Positions 1 to 8,652 of a stretch of 64,000 nt of DNA are shown here, piece by piece. The DNA is taken from assembly GCA_019323015.1 (NCBI GenBank), contig JAHWHY010000004.1, positions 10,907 through 74,906 of the forward strand. The letters run 5' to 3'. Within the stretch, counting starts at the first letter, position 1. Each line of letters starts with the position of its first letter. The notes under the pieces were generated by a model that saw only the letters and a list, made by a program, of their open reading frames with translations, was not told the origin of the DNA and ran no database searches. The position numbers and the translations under genes are program-made. This DNA is from Candidatus Woesearchaeota archaeon (lineage in GTDB: Archaea > Nanobdellota > Nanobdellia > Woesearchaeales > ARS49).

Positions 1-80
1 TCATACAAGAATACACAGACAAAAAAGACAAGGCAAGCTACACACTTGCAAACAAAATAGTCACAGGACACTACACAGAG

Positions 81-3000
81 ATGATACGGTGGGAGCTGTC
101 ACACCCCTGGAGCTATTACAAGATAAATGACGACAGAATACCAGACATCCTCAAGAAAAAAGAATCACTAGAGAAAGAACTGCGCGGAATAAGGGCAGAT
201 GCAGAGAAAACACTCGGCAAAAACGCAAAAAGAACAATAACAGACATGAACAAATTCTTTGAAAAATTCTACGGCACAAAACAATTCACAAAAATACACA
301 AAAGAAAATTTGCAGAAAGGCTCGGACCAGACATAATCGCAAGAAGAACAGAAGCACAGAGACAGATGCACGAACTGCAGGAACAAGTGCAGGAAATAGG
401 AAGAATAGAACACAATCCAAGAGATGCAGCTGACGAAATAAAAGTGATACTTGACTCTGACAGGCACTTTGAGTTCCAGCGATATGTTGATGCAGACGAG
501 ATACTCAACTCAAGATGGTGCTTTATCGACATAGAAAAGCCAAGATTTGACACGCCGCAAGAGGAAGTGAGCTGGGTAGCAATAAAATACTACGAAAACA
601 GAGTCCTGAAAAAAGAGATTCACACAAGCAAGAAAGTAGGGGAAGGCTTCAAGAGAAAATTTCTTGAGGAAAAAGGATTTGAAATCAAGGACCACTATAA
701 AGACGAAAACTGGCTGATGGCAGGAGTGCAGGCATCAATAAACGCAATGAACCCGAAGGTGCTGTGCACATACAACACGCCGTACGACCTTGTGGAGCTT
801 GATAAAACAGAACACGGACTGGAGTACGGCAAGAGAAGAACACGCGCAAAAAAAGAGGTAACGACAAGATTCTTTGAGAGAATAAACGTAAATGACATGA
901 TAGTATTTGACCCGCTTCCAATACTGAAGATAGCAAAAAAATTCCTGCCAAACAAAAAACTTGCACTAATAACACAGGAACTCGGGCTGGAATTCAAGAA
1001 ATCAATTGACTACAGAATGATGGCAGAGCTGGAAAACATAATAGACGGCACGCCGCTGGAACAAGTCTCAAGCAAGACAAAAGCAAAAATAACAGAGTTT
1101 GCAGGGCCAATAGCTGAGATAGAAAATCTGGAGCAAGTCTGCGCGCAGATAATAGCATCTTATGTAGGAGACGATGTCGAGATACTGCCAAGCCTCGTTT
1201 TTCATCCAAGAATGAGAAAAATCTACGAGCACATAAACTGGATATCACAATTTGCAGACGTAAACTTCCAGAAAGCAGCACACACTGCAAACGCCGTGAA
1301 CAATCTCCAGAAAAAAGACTTTTTTGAGAGAACAGGAACACACCTGGACACAATCCACAAAAGAACAAAAGCACAGCAAAGAGCAGAAAACAGAATAAGA
1401 AGCTTTGTGAAGAAAAAAAAGAAAAGAAACACCTGGATAAACGAGACAAAAGAAGAAAGAAATAGAAGAGAAGAAAGAGCAAGAGGGCTGCAAAAGAATC
1501 TTGCACACTTTGTGATACCATCATGGCAGTTTCTTCGCAAAGACATGGAATACAGATTTCCTAATGCAAAACAACTATTTGAGCACCTTGACCAGAACAA
1601 AGACAGCAAAGAAGCATATTATTTTTTATCAGAGTATGCAGACGCATTCTGCAAATACCTGCTGCATGCATGGGGCACATACATAAAAGCAAGAGACGAG
1701 CTTGACGCAAGAATAAGAAAAGCAGGCCTTGATTACTATAGAATAGACGATGCCTGCACAGGATGCAGGAAGCTTCTCAAGGGTACATTTGATGAAGACC
1801 AAATCAAAAGACAATATGTAACAATTAAAACACTGGAATCTATACTGGACTCTAAAACATACATCTCAGATTACTGGAAACCAACAGGCAGGGAAGAAAA
1901 TGACAGAGAACTAAAAAACGCCCTGCACGACGACATCAGAAAAATAAACAGAACACTAAAACAGCAGGGGCTTGAGGCAAGACAGTTCCAGGGCTGGCTC
2001 AATGAATGGCTAAGTGTTGAAAAAAAGAGAACAAATATTCTTGCATCATTTGCTGCAGACCCAGAAAACATAGAGATACTTGAATTTGAGCAAAGAATCA
2101 TCAATGCAGCAAGCGCCCTGAAAAAAGCAAAAGCAAAGATAATACATCAAAAAGACGAACACATCTTTACATCAATAGAAGGAACAAGCGAACTTCCTGA
2201 AGACATCCCGCTCATACAGGTTGAAGAGCATCAAAAGGCATACATTGCTGAAGACCCGGAATCAGGAAACAGGATATATTATCCAAAACACGGGTATTAC
2301 GGAGGCATAAAAGTACAGGAAGAGCCCTCCAACCATTTTACTGCATTTGAGATGCGCGCATACGGCGGGTTTCTAGACCTGCTGTTCAACGGGCACATAG
2401 ACAATGCAGTCCGGCACTTGATAAGGGAAAGAGACAGGTTCAGAAACAACAGGGTCGCAAGAAAAGAGCTGCTGTTTTTCATCAAAAAATCAAAGACATA
2501 CCAGGCATATGTAAAAGGCGAAACAATAAAATTCAGGACCAGCACAGAAGAAAAAACAAGATATGATGTAAAATACAGGATGCGGTATGTTGAAGAATAC
2601 AACAAAAAAGGCGAGCCAGAAAGGATATACATAACACCAATAGAAAAAATAAAACTGGACAGGACAAAATACTCTGCAAGAATAGAGAATAGAATCGCAA
2701 AACTGCTAAGACCGCTGCAGGCAATGATAAAAAGAGAAAGAGACCTGATGCCCACAGCACTAGAAGAATCTTACCCAAACACAAAAGACAGAAGTTTTGA
2801 TAACTGGCACAAAGGAGAACTTAAGGAATCTCCTTTTGTGTGGGCAAAAAAACAAGTTGAACAGGGACAGGTATTAAATGACACAGCACTAAATGTTTTT
2901 GCATCATACAGAATATACAGGAACGGCTTCAGGCCAGACTTTGAAAACGAAGAGATACAATGCGCAAAAGCACACTGGGCATGCAACATAATAAATGAAA

Positions 3001-3170
3001 ACACAGGACGCAGCATGCACAGGGAACAAACAATCGTGCCTTCCTCAAGAGGAGGATTTCACATAGTCACAAAATCAGAACACCCAGGAGAATACAGGTA
3101 CAAATGCACATGCGAGCACAACAGAATAAGAAAAAAAGAATGCAGGCACATCAAGCAGGCTGCTGCATGA
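81..3170 (+). CDS. Large protein with a DEDDy 3'-5' exonuclease domain (family-B-polymerase-type Exo I/II/III motifs) and a C-terminal SWIM zinc finger; no polymerase palm motifs recognised
   Basis: Exo I CFIDIE (D150/E152, nt 528-536), Exo II YNTPYD (nt 771-788), Exo III YVGDD (nt 1161-1175), with PolB-like spacing. C-terminal C-x-C-x9-C-x-H (CTCEHNRIRKKECRH, nt 3105-3149) fits SWIM. The reading frame stays open from nt 3, so the true start may lie upstream of the window. Confidence 0.55.
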   Translation: MIRWELSHPWSYYKINDDRIPDILKKKESLEKELRGIRADAEKTLGKNAKRTITDMNKFFEKFYGTKQFTKIHKRKFAERLGPDIIARRTEAQRQMHELQEQVQEIGRIEHNPRDAADEIKVILDSDRHFEFQRYVDADEILNSRWCFIDIEKPRFDTPQEEVSWVAIKYYENRVLKKEIHTSKKVGEGFKRKFLEEKGFEIKDHYKDENWLMAGVQASINAMNPKVLCTYNTPYDLVELDKTEHGLEYGKRRTRAKKEVTTRFFERINVNDMIVFDPLPILKIAKKFLPNKKLALITQELGLEFKKSIDYRMMAELENIIDGTPLEQVSSKTKAKITEFAGPIAEIENLEQVCAQIIASYVGDDVEILPSLVFHPRMRKIYEHINWISQFADVNFQKAAHTANAVNNLQKKDFFERTGTHLDTIHKRTKAQQRAENRIRSFVKKKKKRNTWINETKEERNRREERARGLQKNLAHFVIPSWQFLRKDMEYRFPNAKQLFEHLDQNKDSKEAYYFLSEYADAFCKYLLHAWGTYIKARDELDARIRKAGLDYYRIDDACTGCRKLLKGTFDEDQIKRQYVTIKTLESILDSKTYISDYWKPTGREENDRELKNALHDDIRKINRTLKQQGLEARQFQGWLNEWLSVEKKRTNILASFAADPENIEILEFEQRIINAASALKKAKAKIIHQKDEHIFTSIEGTSELPEDIPLIQVEEHQKAYIAEDPESGNRIYYPKHGYYGGIKVQEEPSNHFTAFEMRAYGGFLDLLFNGHIDNAVRHLIRERDRFRNNRVARKELLFFIKKSKTYQAYVKGETIKFRTSTEEKTRYDVKYRMRYVEEYNKKGEPERIYITPIEKIKLDRTKYSARIENRIAKLLRPLQAMIKRERDLMPTALEESYPNTKDRSFDNWHKGELKESPFVWAKKQVEQGQVLNDTALNVFASYRIYRNGFRPDFENEEIQCAKAHWACNIINENTGRSMHREQTIVPSSRGGFHIVTKSEHPGEYRYKCTCEHNRIRKKECRHIKQAAA

Positions 3171-3172
3171 AA

Positions 3173-3535
3173 TCACCTGTTTTCCTTAAACTCTCTCCTA
3201 AAACTTAAGCCAATTGATTCCTCTGAAAAATTAAAAAAAATCCAGAACTTCTGAGCAGTCCATCCCCTGCCAAGCCTATGCAGATAAGTATCCCCTAAAT
3301 AAGATATTGTGATCACCCCATTTCCATCACCAGTAGCGACGGGCAGGTACCATGTCTTCTTATGATTAACAATTCGAAACTCCTCATACTGGCGCTCCTG
3401 CAATTGATATCTTTTTCTGGCGCAAAAAGCAGAAAGCTCTGCAAGAAGATAGTTATAGCCATCCCACTCAGTTCGCGCCTCAATCCTTGCAACCAGGCCA
3501 GGACCAGACTTTGTCTCAAACAATTCAAATATCAT
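3173..3535 (-). CDS. Hypothetical protein (120 aa)
   Basis: ORF on the purine-rich (coding-like) strand, packed between neighbouring genes. No recognisable motif. Confidence 0.45.
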   Translation of the reverse strand: MIFELFETKSGPGLVARIEARTEWDGYNYLLAELSAFCARKRYQLQERQYEEFRIVNHKKTWYLPVATGDGNGVITISYLGDTYLHRLGRGWTAQKFWIFFNFSEESIGLSFRREFKENR

Positions 3536-3549
3536 ACAAAGGAATATCC

Positions 3550-3852
3550 TTAAACACTATATAATCCTTGCGCTTTATAGGTGCAGTCAAACTTTTCAAC
3601 AACAACTCCGCGAACCCTGTTTTTTTCAGGAAGCGCCCTTGAAAACTCCTTGACAAGCCTGGCAAGCGCATAACCATGAGACGTCTCGCTCTGAAGCCAC
3701 ACCTGCTCTGACATATCTTCTGGAAGCCTGATGTCAAAAGTCCTCAAGAGATGAAGCCGGTATTTCCAGATTTTTTCCATGCTGTCCAAGCCAAGAGCAT
3801 TAATCATTCTCATGCCATAAGCAGAATATTTACGCAGCACTAAACTCAGCAA
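3550..3852 (-). CDS. Hypothetical protein (about 87-100 aa)
   Basis: ORF on the purine-rich strand. The track start is TTG; in-frame ATGs occur at 3813 and 3807. No recognisable motif. Confidence 0.4.
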   Translation of the reverse strand: MLSLVLRKYSAYGMRMINALGLDSMEKIWKYRLHLLRTFDIRLPEDMSEQVWLQSETSHGYALARLVKEFSRALPEKNRVRGVVVEKFDCTYKAQGLYSV

Positions 3853-5339
3853 TGGAATTCTACCATCTTATTTTAATGAAGGCTCCAGAAGCAGAATCAG
3901 CAAGGCAATACCTGCACCAAAGAGGCTTCACAAGCAAAACACTTCAAGAACTAAAAATAGGGTTTGCACAAGACAGATGGGATACAGTCCTAAACAAAGC
4001 AAGATACCGCTATGGAAAAGACTCAATAAAAATTCTTCAGACAGCATCCCTGATAAGCGAAAGAAGAAGCAAGACAGGACACTATGACTATTTCAGGAAC
4101 AGAATAATGTTTCCAATCTTTGACAACTTTGGAAAAACAATCGGCTTTGGAGGCAGGGCATTAAAGCCAGACGACGAAATAAAATACCTTAATTCACGCG
4201 AAATAAAAAAAATCTTTGAAAAATCAAAAACATTATACCTGCTGAACCTGGCGCAAAGAGAGGCAATGCGCACAGGACACCTTTTAATGATGGAAGGCTA
4301 CACAGACGCAGCACTTGCACGCCAGCAAGGACTAAAAAACACATTTGCAACAGCAGGAACAGCATTAACACCAGACCATGCTTTGATGCTCAAAAGAATA
4401 ACAGATAAAATAATAATATGCATGGATGCAGACAATGCAGGAAGAAAAGCATCTATTGACGCAGCAATGCTTTTGCTGAACACAGGAATCAATGTTGAAT
4501 TAATCCTGCTTCCAGACAAAAAAGACCCTGCAGAAGTAATACTTGAAGAAGGAGACAGATTCAAGCACAGGATAGACAGCGCAGTCTCGCTTTTTGACTT
4601 TGCACTGGAAGATGCAGTAAAAAAACATAATATTTCATCAACACACAATAAAGCAATTGTGCTAAAAGAACTAGAGCCTGTCTTACGAGCAGCGCCAGAC
4701 GCGATAACCTGCCATGCATATATTCACGCTGCAGCAAAAAGGCTGGATGTTCCTTTTGAGACTGCAGCAAGAGCTGTTGAAGCAAGCAGGCAGCATAACA
4801 AGCCAATAGAACTCACCCCATTCCTGACAACAGAACAAGAACACAGAATAGCAAGCATCCTGCTGAGAAGACCTGCCTACAGAAATGAAATCATGACAAG
4901 GCTCCTGCCAGAACACTTCAAGAACAATGAAATAAGAGCATTATTCATGTATTTCAGGGAAACAGAAACTGCAAAAGGAGACCTGATAACATCAAACCAC
5001 CGCTTGTCAAAAACACCATCGCTTTTTGATTCACAATACACTGAAAATCTTCCACGAGACATAATAGGTTTTGCAAGGAAAACAGGCCTGCCAGCAGAAG
5101 AAAGCAAACTCTACAGCATGATAAGCAGGCTACAGAGAACACCTGCTCCAGACACGCCAATCAACATCATCATAAACAGCATGCTAAAAGCGCATTACAG
5201 ACACGAGCTGAACCAGATGGAAGAACAAATACAAGATGCAGGAATCAGGAAAGACCAGAAAGCACTAGAGAAACTAATGCAAAACTACCAAAAAACACTA
5301 CAAGAATATCACAAGCTAAGCTTATCCAATAAAGACTGA
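3852..5339 (+). CDS. dnaG: Bacterial-type DnaG primase (RNA-polymerase/TOPRIM core plus C-terminal domain) lacking the N-terminal zinc-binding domain
   Basis: Bacterial DnaG motifs are present: RNRIMFPIFDNFGKTIGFGGRAL, KYLNS, LMMEGYTDAAL (EGYMD-like), ICMDADNAGRKA (DxD). The protein begins at the FYH...YL..RGF segment that normally follows the Zn ribbon. Confidence 0.8.
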   Translation: MEFYHLILMKAPEAESARQYLHQRGFTSKTLQELKIGFAQDRWDTVLNKARYRYGKDSIKILQTASLISERRSKTGHYDYFRNRIMFPIFDNFGKTIGFGGRALKPDDEIKYLNSREIKKIFEKSKTLYLLNLAQREAMRTGHLLMMEGYTDAALARQQGLKNTFATAGTALTPDHALMLKRITDKIIICMDADNAGRKASIDAAMLLLNTGINVELILLPDKKDPAEVILEEGDRFKHRIDSAVSLFDFALEDAVKKHNISSTHNKAIVLKELEPVLRAAPDAITCHAYIHAAAKRLDVPFETAARAVEASRQHNKPIELTPFLTTEQEHRIASILLRRPAYRNEIMTRLLPEHFKNNEIRALFMYFRETETAKGDLITSNHRLSKTPSLFDSQYTENLPRDIIGFARKTGLPAEESKLYSMISRLQRTPAPDTPINIIINSMLKAHYRHELNQMEEQIQDAGIRKDQKALEKLMQNYQKTLQEYHKLSLSNKD

Positions 5340-6079
5340 TTAAAATATTCAGGATTTCTCAAAAGCTTGACATAAAGCGCAGCTGTTGAAAAAATATCCA
5401 AGACATTATGGCGAACAATCCTCGCAAGAGGCTCTGGATTCCCACCTTTCCTATAGTTTTCATATTCTGCAAGTATTTTCTCTCCAGCAACATCATCATC
5501 CGGGCGCGTAAAGCCAAGCAAGGCAACTTCATAAGCAACAAGAGACATTTCTTCAAGGCCATGAGATTTTTTATACGGCTTAAGCGCCTGCATAACATCC
5601 AGATGCTTTTCACCAGGCCAGCCCCACTCAATAAAAAAATTCCTGGCCCGCGCACTAATTCTTGTCATGTCAAATGTTCCATTAAAAGAAACCGCTGCTT
5701 TTGCAGAAGACATTCTTTTAATAAATGCTTCCAAGACAGTCTGCTCTTCATAATAATCCCTTGCAAAAAAACCTTCATAAACAAAAGCACTTCTTCTTGC
5801 ATCATACCTTCCAACACCGATAAGAAACATAGGATCATCATAACTAAGGCCAGTAGACTCAATATCAATAACAGCGACATTATCCAAAGGAATGAAAAAC
5901 AGTTCATTATGCCGGGTGATAATCCTTCTGTCTTTCCAGGCATTAATGTTTCTTCTGACACAATCAGCATTCCGCTTTCTCACACTATCAAGAGGAACAA
6001 GAACCTTGTAGTAATCTATTCCCTTGATTTTAGCAATCCTTCCCTCTAGAAACTGCTCTATGCGCTCCCCCTTAGCCAT
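5309..6079 (-). CDS. RNase H-fold 3'-5' exonuclease (YprB / PolB-exo-like, DEDD)
   Basis: VIDIESTGL (DxE), VSFNGTFDM, and HNVLD near the C-terminus. This layout is typical of the YprB-like RNase_H_2 family. Confidence 0.7.
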   Translation of the reverse strand: MAKGERIEQFLEGRIAKIKGIDYYKVLVPLDSVRKRNADCVRRNINAWKDRRIITRHNELFFIPLDNVAVIDIESTGLSYDDPMFLIGVGRYDARRSAFVYEGFFARDYYEEQTVLEAFIKRMSSAKAAVSFNGTFDMTRISARARNFFIEWGWPGEKHLDVMQALKPYKKSHGLEEMSLVAYEVALLGFTRPDDDVAGEKILAEYENYRKGGNPEPLARIVRHNVLDIFSTAALYVKLLRNPEYFNQSLLDKLSL

Positions 6080-6091
6080 AAGAAAAAAGAA

Positions 6092-7966
6092 TCACTGCAC
6101 TGTATTTAATATTTTTGTATTTTCAGAGGCTCTTTCAAGAGACTCAACAAGACCGCCCAAGACCTGGTTATGATGCAAAGCAAGCTTCCTGTTCGCAGGC
6201 TTAAGCGCAATATGCGGTGAATTGACCACAATTTCATGGAACCTGTATATGTTTGCAAGGCTGTGCACTCTCGGCACAGCCTCTGCAACATATGTGTGAC
6301 ACGGTGAACATTCCAGCTCAGCAACAGCCTTAGACAGGTATTCCAGAAATTTTTCAGGAGGAACAGCCTTAATTCCAATCTCACCAAGAGGGTCAGCAAG
6401 CCTGTCATACACAGACCTGTTCATCTGAATAACAGCAATAACACCATCAAGTGCAAATGCATTATCCTGCCTGAAAGCAGACAAGTCATCATAATTCTCA
6501 AATAAATTGCTTGCAGCATTGACTGTAGTCCCTGCCTTGGTCTCAACTGCAAAATTTTTTCTTGCAGAAGAAGCCATAGCATCTGGCTCAACATAAGAGC
6601 CGTCCCAGCGGTAAATCCTTAAGCCGCGGCCAGTAATAGGATTAACATCACGAATCTCAGGAAAGAACTTCCTGAACCCATTCCTGAAATACGCGCCAGT
6701 GGGGTCAACAAGATTAGTGACAAGAAGAACAAGCTTTGTAGCCTTCTCTGTTATCTCTGAAAGCAATTTAGAATTCTGGAAAACAGAGCAGGAAAAATCT
6801 TTTTTACGCAGGCTAGTCAAGCGTTCAATTGTCTGGCAGGGCGTCTCGATCCTTATCCCAAGAGGGCCAATGCCTGCACGCGTAACCTGCCTGTATAATT
6901 TCCTGTGCCCAGGATTCCTGCTTTTCTTGAGAGCAGTAGGGGCAATGTTCACACCATCATTAAAAAAATATGCTCTTAATCTTTTGCCAAGATTTTCCTC
7001 GTCAACAGAGGTGACAAACCTTGAAACAAAGCTGTACAAGTGAGGAAAATCATCATGGACACTGTTAATCATTTTCTCAACACTGTCTTTTTCACTTCTT
7101 GCAGCAATGGTCCTCATCTCACGCAGAAGCTCTGGATATTTTTCACTGAGCTTTTCAAGAGAGAGAATAATAGAAGGGTCATGCGCGTCATACGCCTTTT
7201 TGACTTGTTCATAAGGCCATATCTCAAGCAATTTTTCATGAACCCCTGCAAGTGACTGCCTGCATCTTCCATTAGTTTCATAACCAAGCGCCTTAAGACC
7301 AGCACTGATACTGTCCTTATCAGAAACCAATTTACCAAGGTTGCGAAGCTTTTTTGCAAGAGAGTTATCCTTTGTGCAAAGTATATCCTTTTTACGGACA
7401 ACATCATTGTTAAATAATCTGTATTTGTGCAGTTTTTCAGTGATGTCTTCCCTAAGCTGGGCCTCAGTCAGGGCAGGGCGCGGGGCGCTCACTGTGGTAA
7501 AACCAAGCGCCTTAAGGCCTGAAGAAATGCTGTCTTTTCCATTAACAATTCTACCATATCTTCGGATTCTGTGTGCAAGGGTGCTGTTATTAAGGGCGAT
7601 GATGTCTTTTTTGCGTGCAGGATTATCCGGAGTAATTTTACGTTTTTTTAGCTCAGAAAGAATCCTTTTTCTTAATGTCTTTTCACGCTTTGCATGGACC
7701 TGCCTGCTTTTAAAATCTCTTGCGAGAACAAAACCAAGATCTCTTGCAGTAGAGCCAGCAGAGTACCTGCCCCTTGCAATCTTGTTTCTTAATGAGAGAT
7801 GATACAACAAGGTTGAAGAAATCTTGTTAGTGTTTACAACTTCATCAGGAAACTCCTTCCGCAGCCTTGCAGCAAGCTCATTGTCAATGCACTCCAGTTC
7901 ATGAGAAGAAATACCATACCCATTACTTACAGCCTGCCAAAGTAGATAACTTAAGGATTCACTCAC
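6092..7966 (-). CDS. Large hypothetical protein with N-terminal tandem ~39-aa repeats (73-aa period) and a possible C-terminal PD-(D/E)xK nuclease motif
   Basis: Repeats RKKDIIALNNSTLAHRIRRYGRIVNGKDSISSGLKALGF and RKKDILCTKDNSLAKKLRNLGKLVSDKDSISAGLKALGY (nt 7280-7615). WDGSYVEPD...FAVETK (D-x(n)-E-x-K, nt 6536-6604). Confidence 0.4.
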   Translation of the reverse strand: MSESLSYLLWQAVSNGYGISSHELECIDNELAARLRKEFPDEVVNTNKISSTLLYHLSLRNKIARGRYSAGSTARDLGFVLARDFKSRQVHAKREKTLRKRILSELKKRKITPDNPARKKDIIALNNSTLAHRIRRYGRIVNGKDSISSGLKALGFTTVSAPRPALTEAQLREDITEKLHKYRLFNNDVVRKKDILCTKDNSLAKKLRNLGKLVSDKDSISAGLKALGYETNGRCRQSLAGVHEKLLEIWPYEQVKKAYDAHDPSIILSLEKLSEKYPELLREMRTIAARSEKDSVEKMINSVHDDFPHLYSFVSRFVTSVDEENLGKRLRAYFFNDGVNIAPTALKKSRNPGHRKLYRQVTRAGIGPLGIRIETPCQTIERLTSLRKKDFSCSVFQNSKLLSEITEKATKLVLLVTNLVDPTGAYFRNGFRKFFPEIRDVNPITGRGLRIYRWDGSYVEPDAMASSARKNFAVETKAGTTVNAASNLFENYDDLSAFRQDNAFALDGVIAVIQMNRSVYDRLADPLGEIGIKAVPPEKFLEYLSKAVAELECSPCHTYVAEAVPRVHSLANIYRFHEIVVNSPHIALKPANRKLALHHNQVLGGLVESLERASENTKILNTVQ

Positions 7967-8051
7967 CCTGTGTCACACCCATTTTTTTCCGTTCTTTTCA
8001 GAACAAAAAACAAAAGAAGTATATATTTATTTTGGTGTCACAGAACAATAA

Positions 8052-8435
8052 TTAAACAAGAACAGCATTTAATGAGCCATTCTGGCCAGGTCTAGAAGTC
8101 ACTCTTGCCTTTCCCTTGTCAGTCTCAACAATGCTTCCTTTTGTGAGGATATTACGCCTGACATAGTTCAAGTTAGCAGGAGATTCTGTAACTTTTTTCA
8201 GTTTAGCTTTCTCAAATTTCTTTGTCTTAGGATTGAATAAATTAACAGTGTTGATATTCAAAAGAATGGTTTTCTTGCTGCCGCCTCTTCCACGGAACTC
8301 TTTTTTCACGTCTTTCTCAGCAATAGTTGTATTAGTCGGCCGTCTGCCTAGCTCATATTTCTTCTTAGCCCTAGGAGCCTTGTAGCGCCCCCCTGTGGCT
8401 TTCCTTGACTGTCTTCCTCTCTGTGAAATAGCCAT
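8052..8435 (-). CDS. rps8e: 30S ribosomal protein S8e
   Basis: N-terminus MAISQRGRQSRKATGGRYKAPRAKKKYELGR and overall length match archaeal eS8. Confidence 0.9.
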   Translation of the reverse strand: MAISQRGRQSRKATGGRYKAPRAKKKYELGRRPTNTTIAEKDVKKEFRGRGGSKKTILLNINTVNLFNPKTKKFEKAKLKKVTESPANLNYVRRNILTKGSIVETDKGKARVTSRPGQNGSLNAVLV

Positions 8436-8472
8436 AAGACCTAAAAATTGGGTGATTCTTTATAAACTTTAT

Positions 8473-8605
8473 GGTGGTGAGCAGTAGGTAGTAAGTGGTA
8501 AGTAGTAGGTAGTCAATAGTTGTTGAATAAATTGCCGCAACCACTAACTACAAACCAATAACCACTGACTAAAAACCACAAACCACAAACTAATAACTAC
8601 AAACC
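8473..8605. repeat. Low-complexity imperfect inverted repeat: G/T-rich arm (GGTAGT-type) followed by A/C-rich arm (ACTACAAACCACAAAC-type)
   Basis: Left arm 8473-8526, loop AATAAATTGCCG, right arm 8538-8605. It shares the AACTACAAACCACAAACTAA motif with the element at 10102-10187. Confidence 0.6.
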
Positions 8606-8652
8606 AAATAAATAGAGAAAAATATAAATAAGACCTTGTTATCCCTCAATTA

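Noticed and set aside
168-3016. Many 60-176-aa minus-strand ORFs inside the 81-3170 gene. Similar antisense ORFs occur inside dnaG, the 18298-21546 gene, rpoA/rpoB, nrdJ, the S-layer gene, the rSAM gene and others.
   Set aside because: They are shadows of long genes whose coding strand is strongly purine/A-rich. The antisense translations are low-complexity (L/F/S/C-rich), lack SD/start context and overlap well-supported genes entirely.
81-3170. Calling the first ORF a family B DNA polymerase.
   Set aside because: Only the three exonuclease motifs are present. I could not find motif A (DxxSLYPS), B (Kx3NSxYG) or C (YxDTDS) downstream, so a polymerase call is unsupported.
3173-3852. The two small minus-strand ORFs as a toxin-antitoxin pair.
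   Set aside because: Size and adjacency are compatible, but I recognise no toxin or antitoxin family motif (RelE/ParE, HicA/B, VapC, MazF, HEPN/MNT), so no such call is made.
8461-8620. Possible CRISPR or tandem-repeat array in the GGTAGT/ACAAACC low-complexity region.
   Set aside because: There is no regular repeat-spacer periodicity. The structure is a GU-arm/AC-arm inverted repeat, and no cas genes are present in the window.
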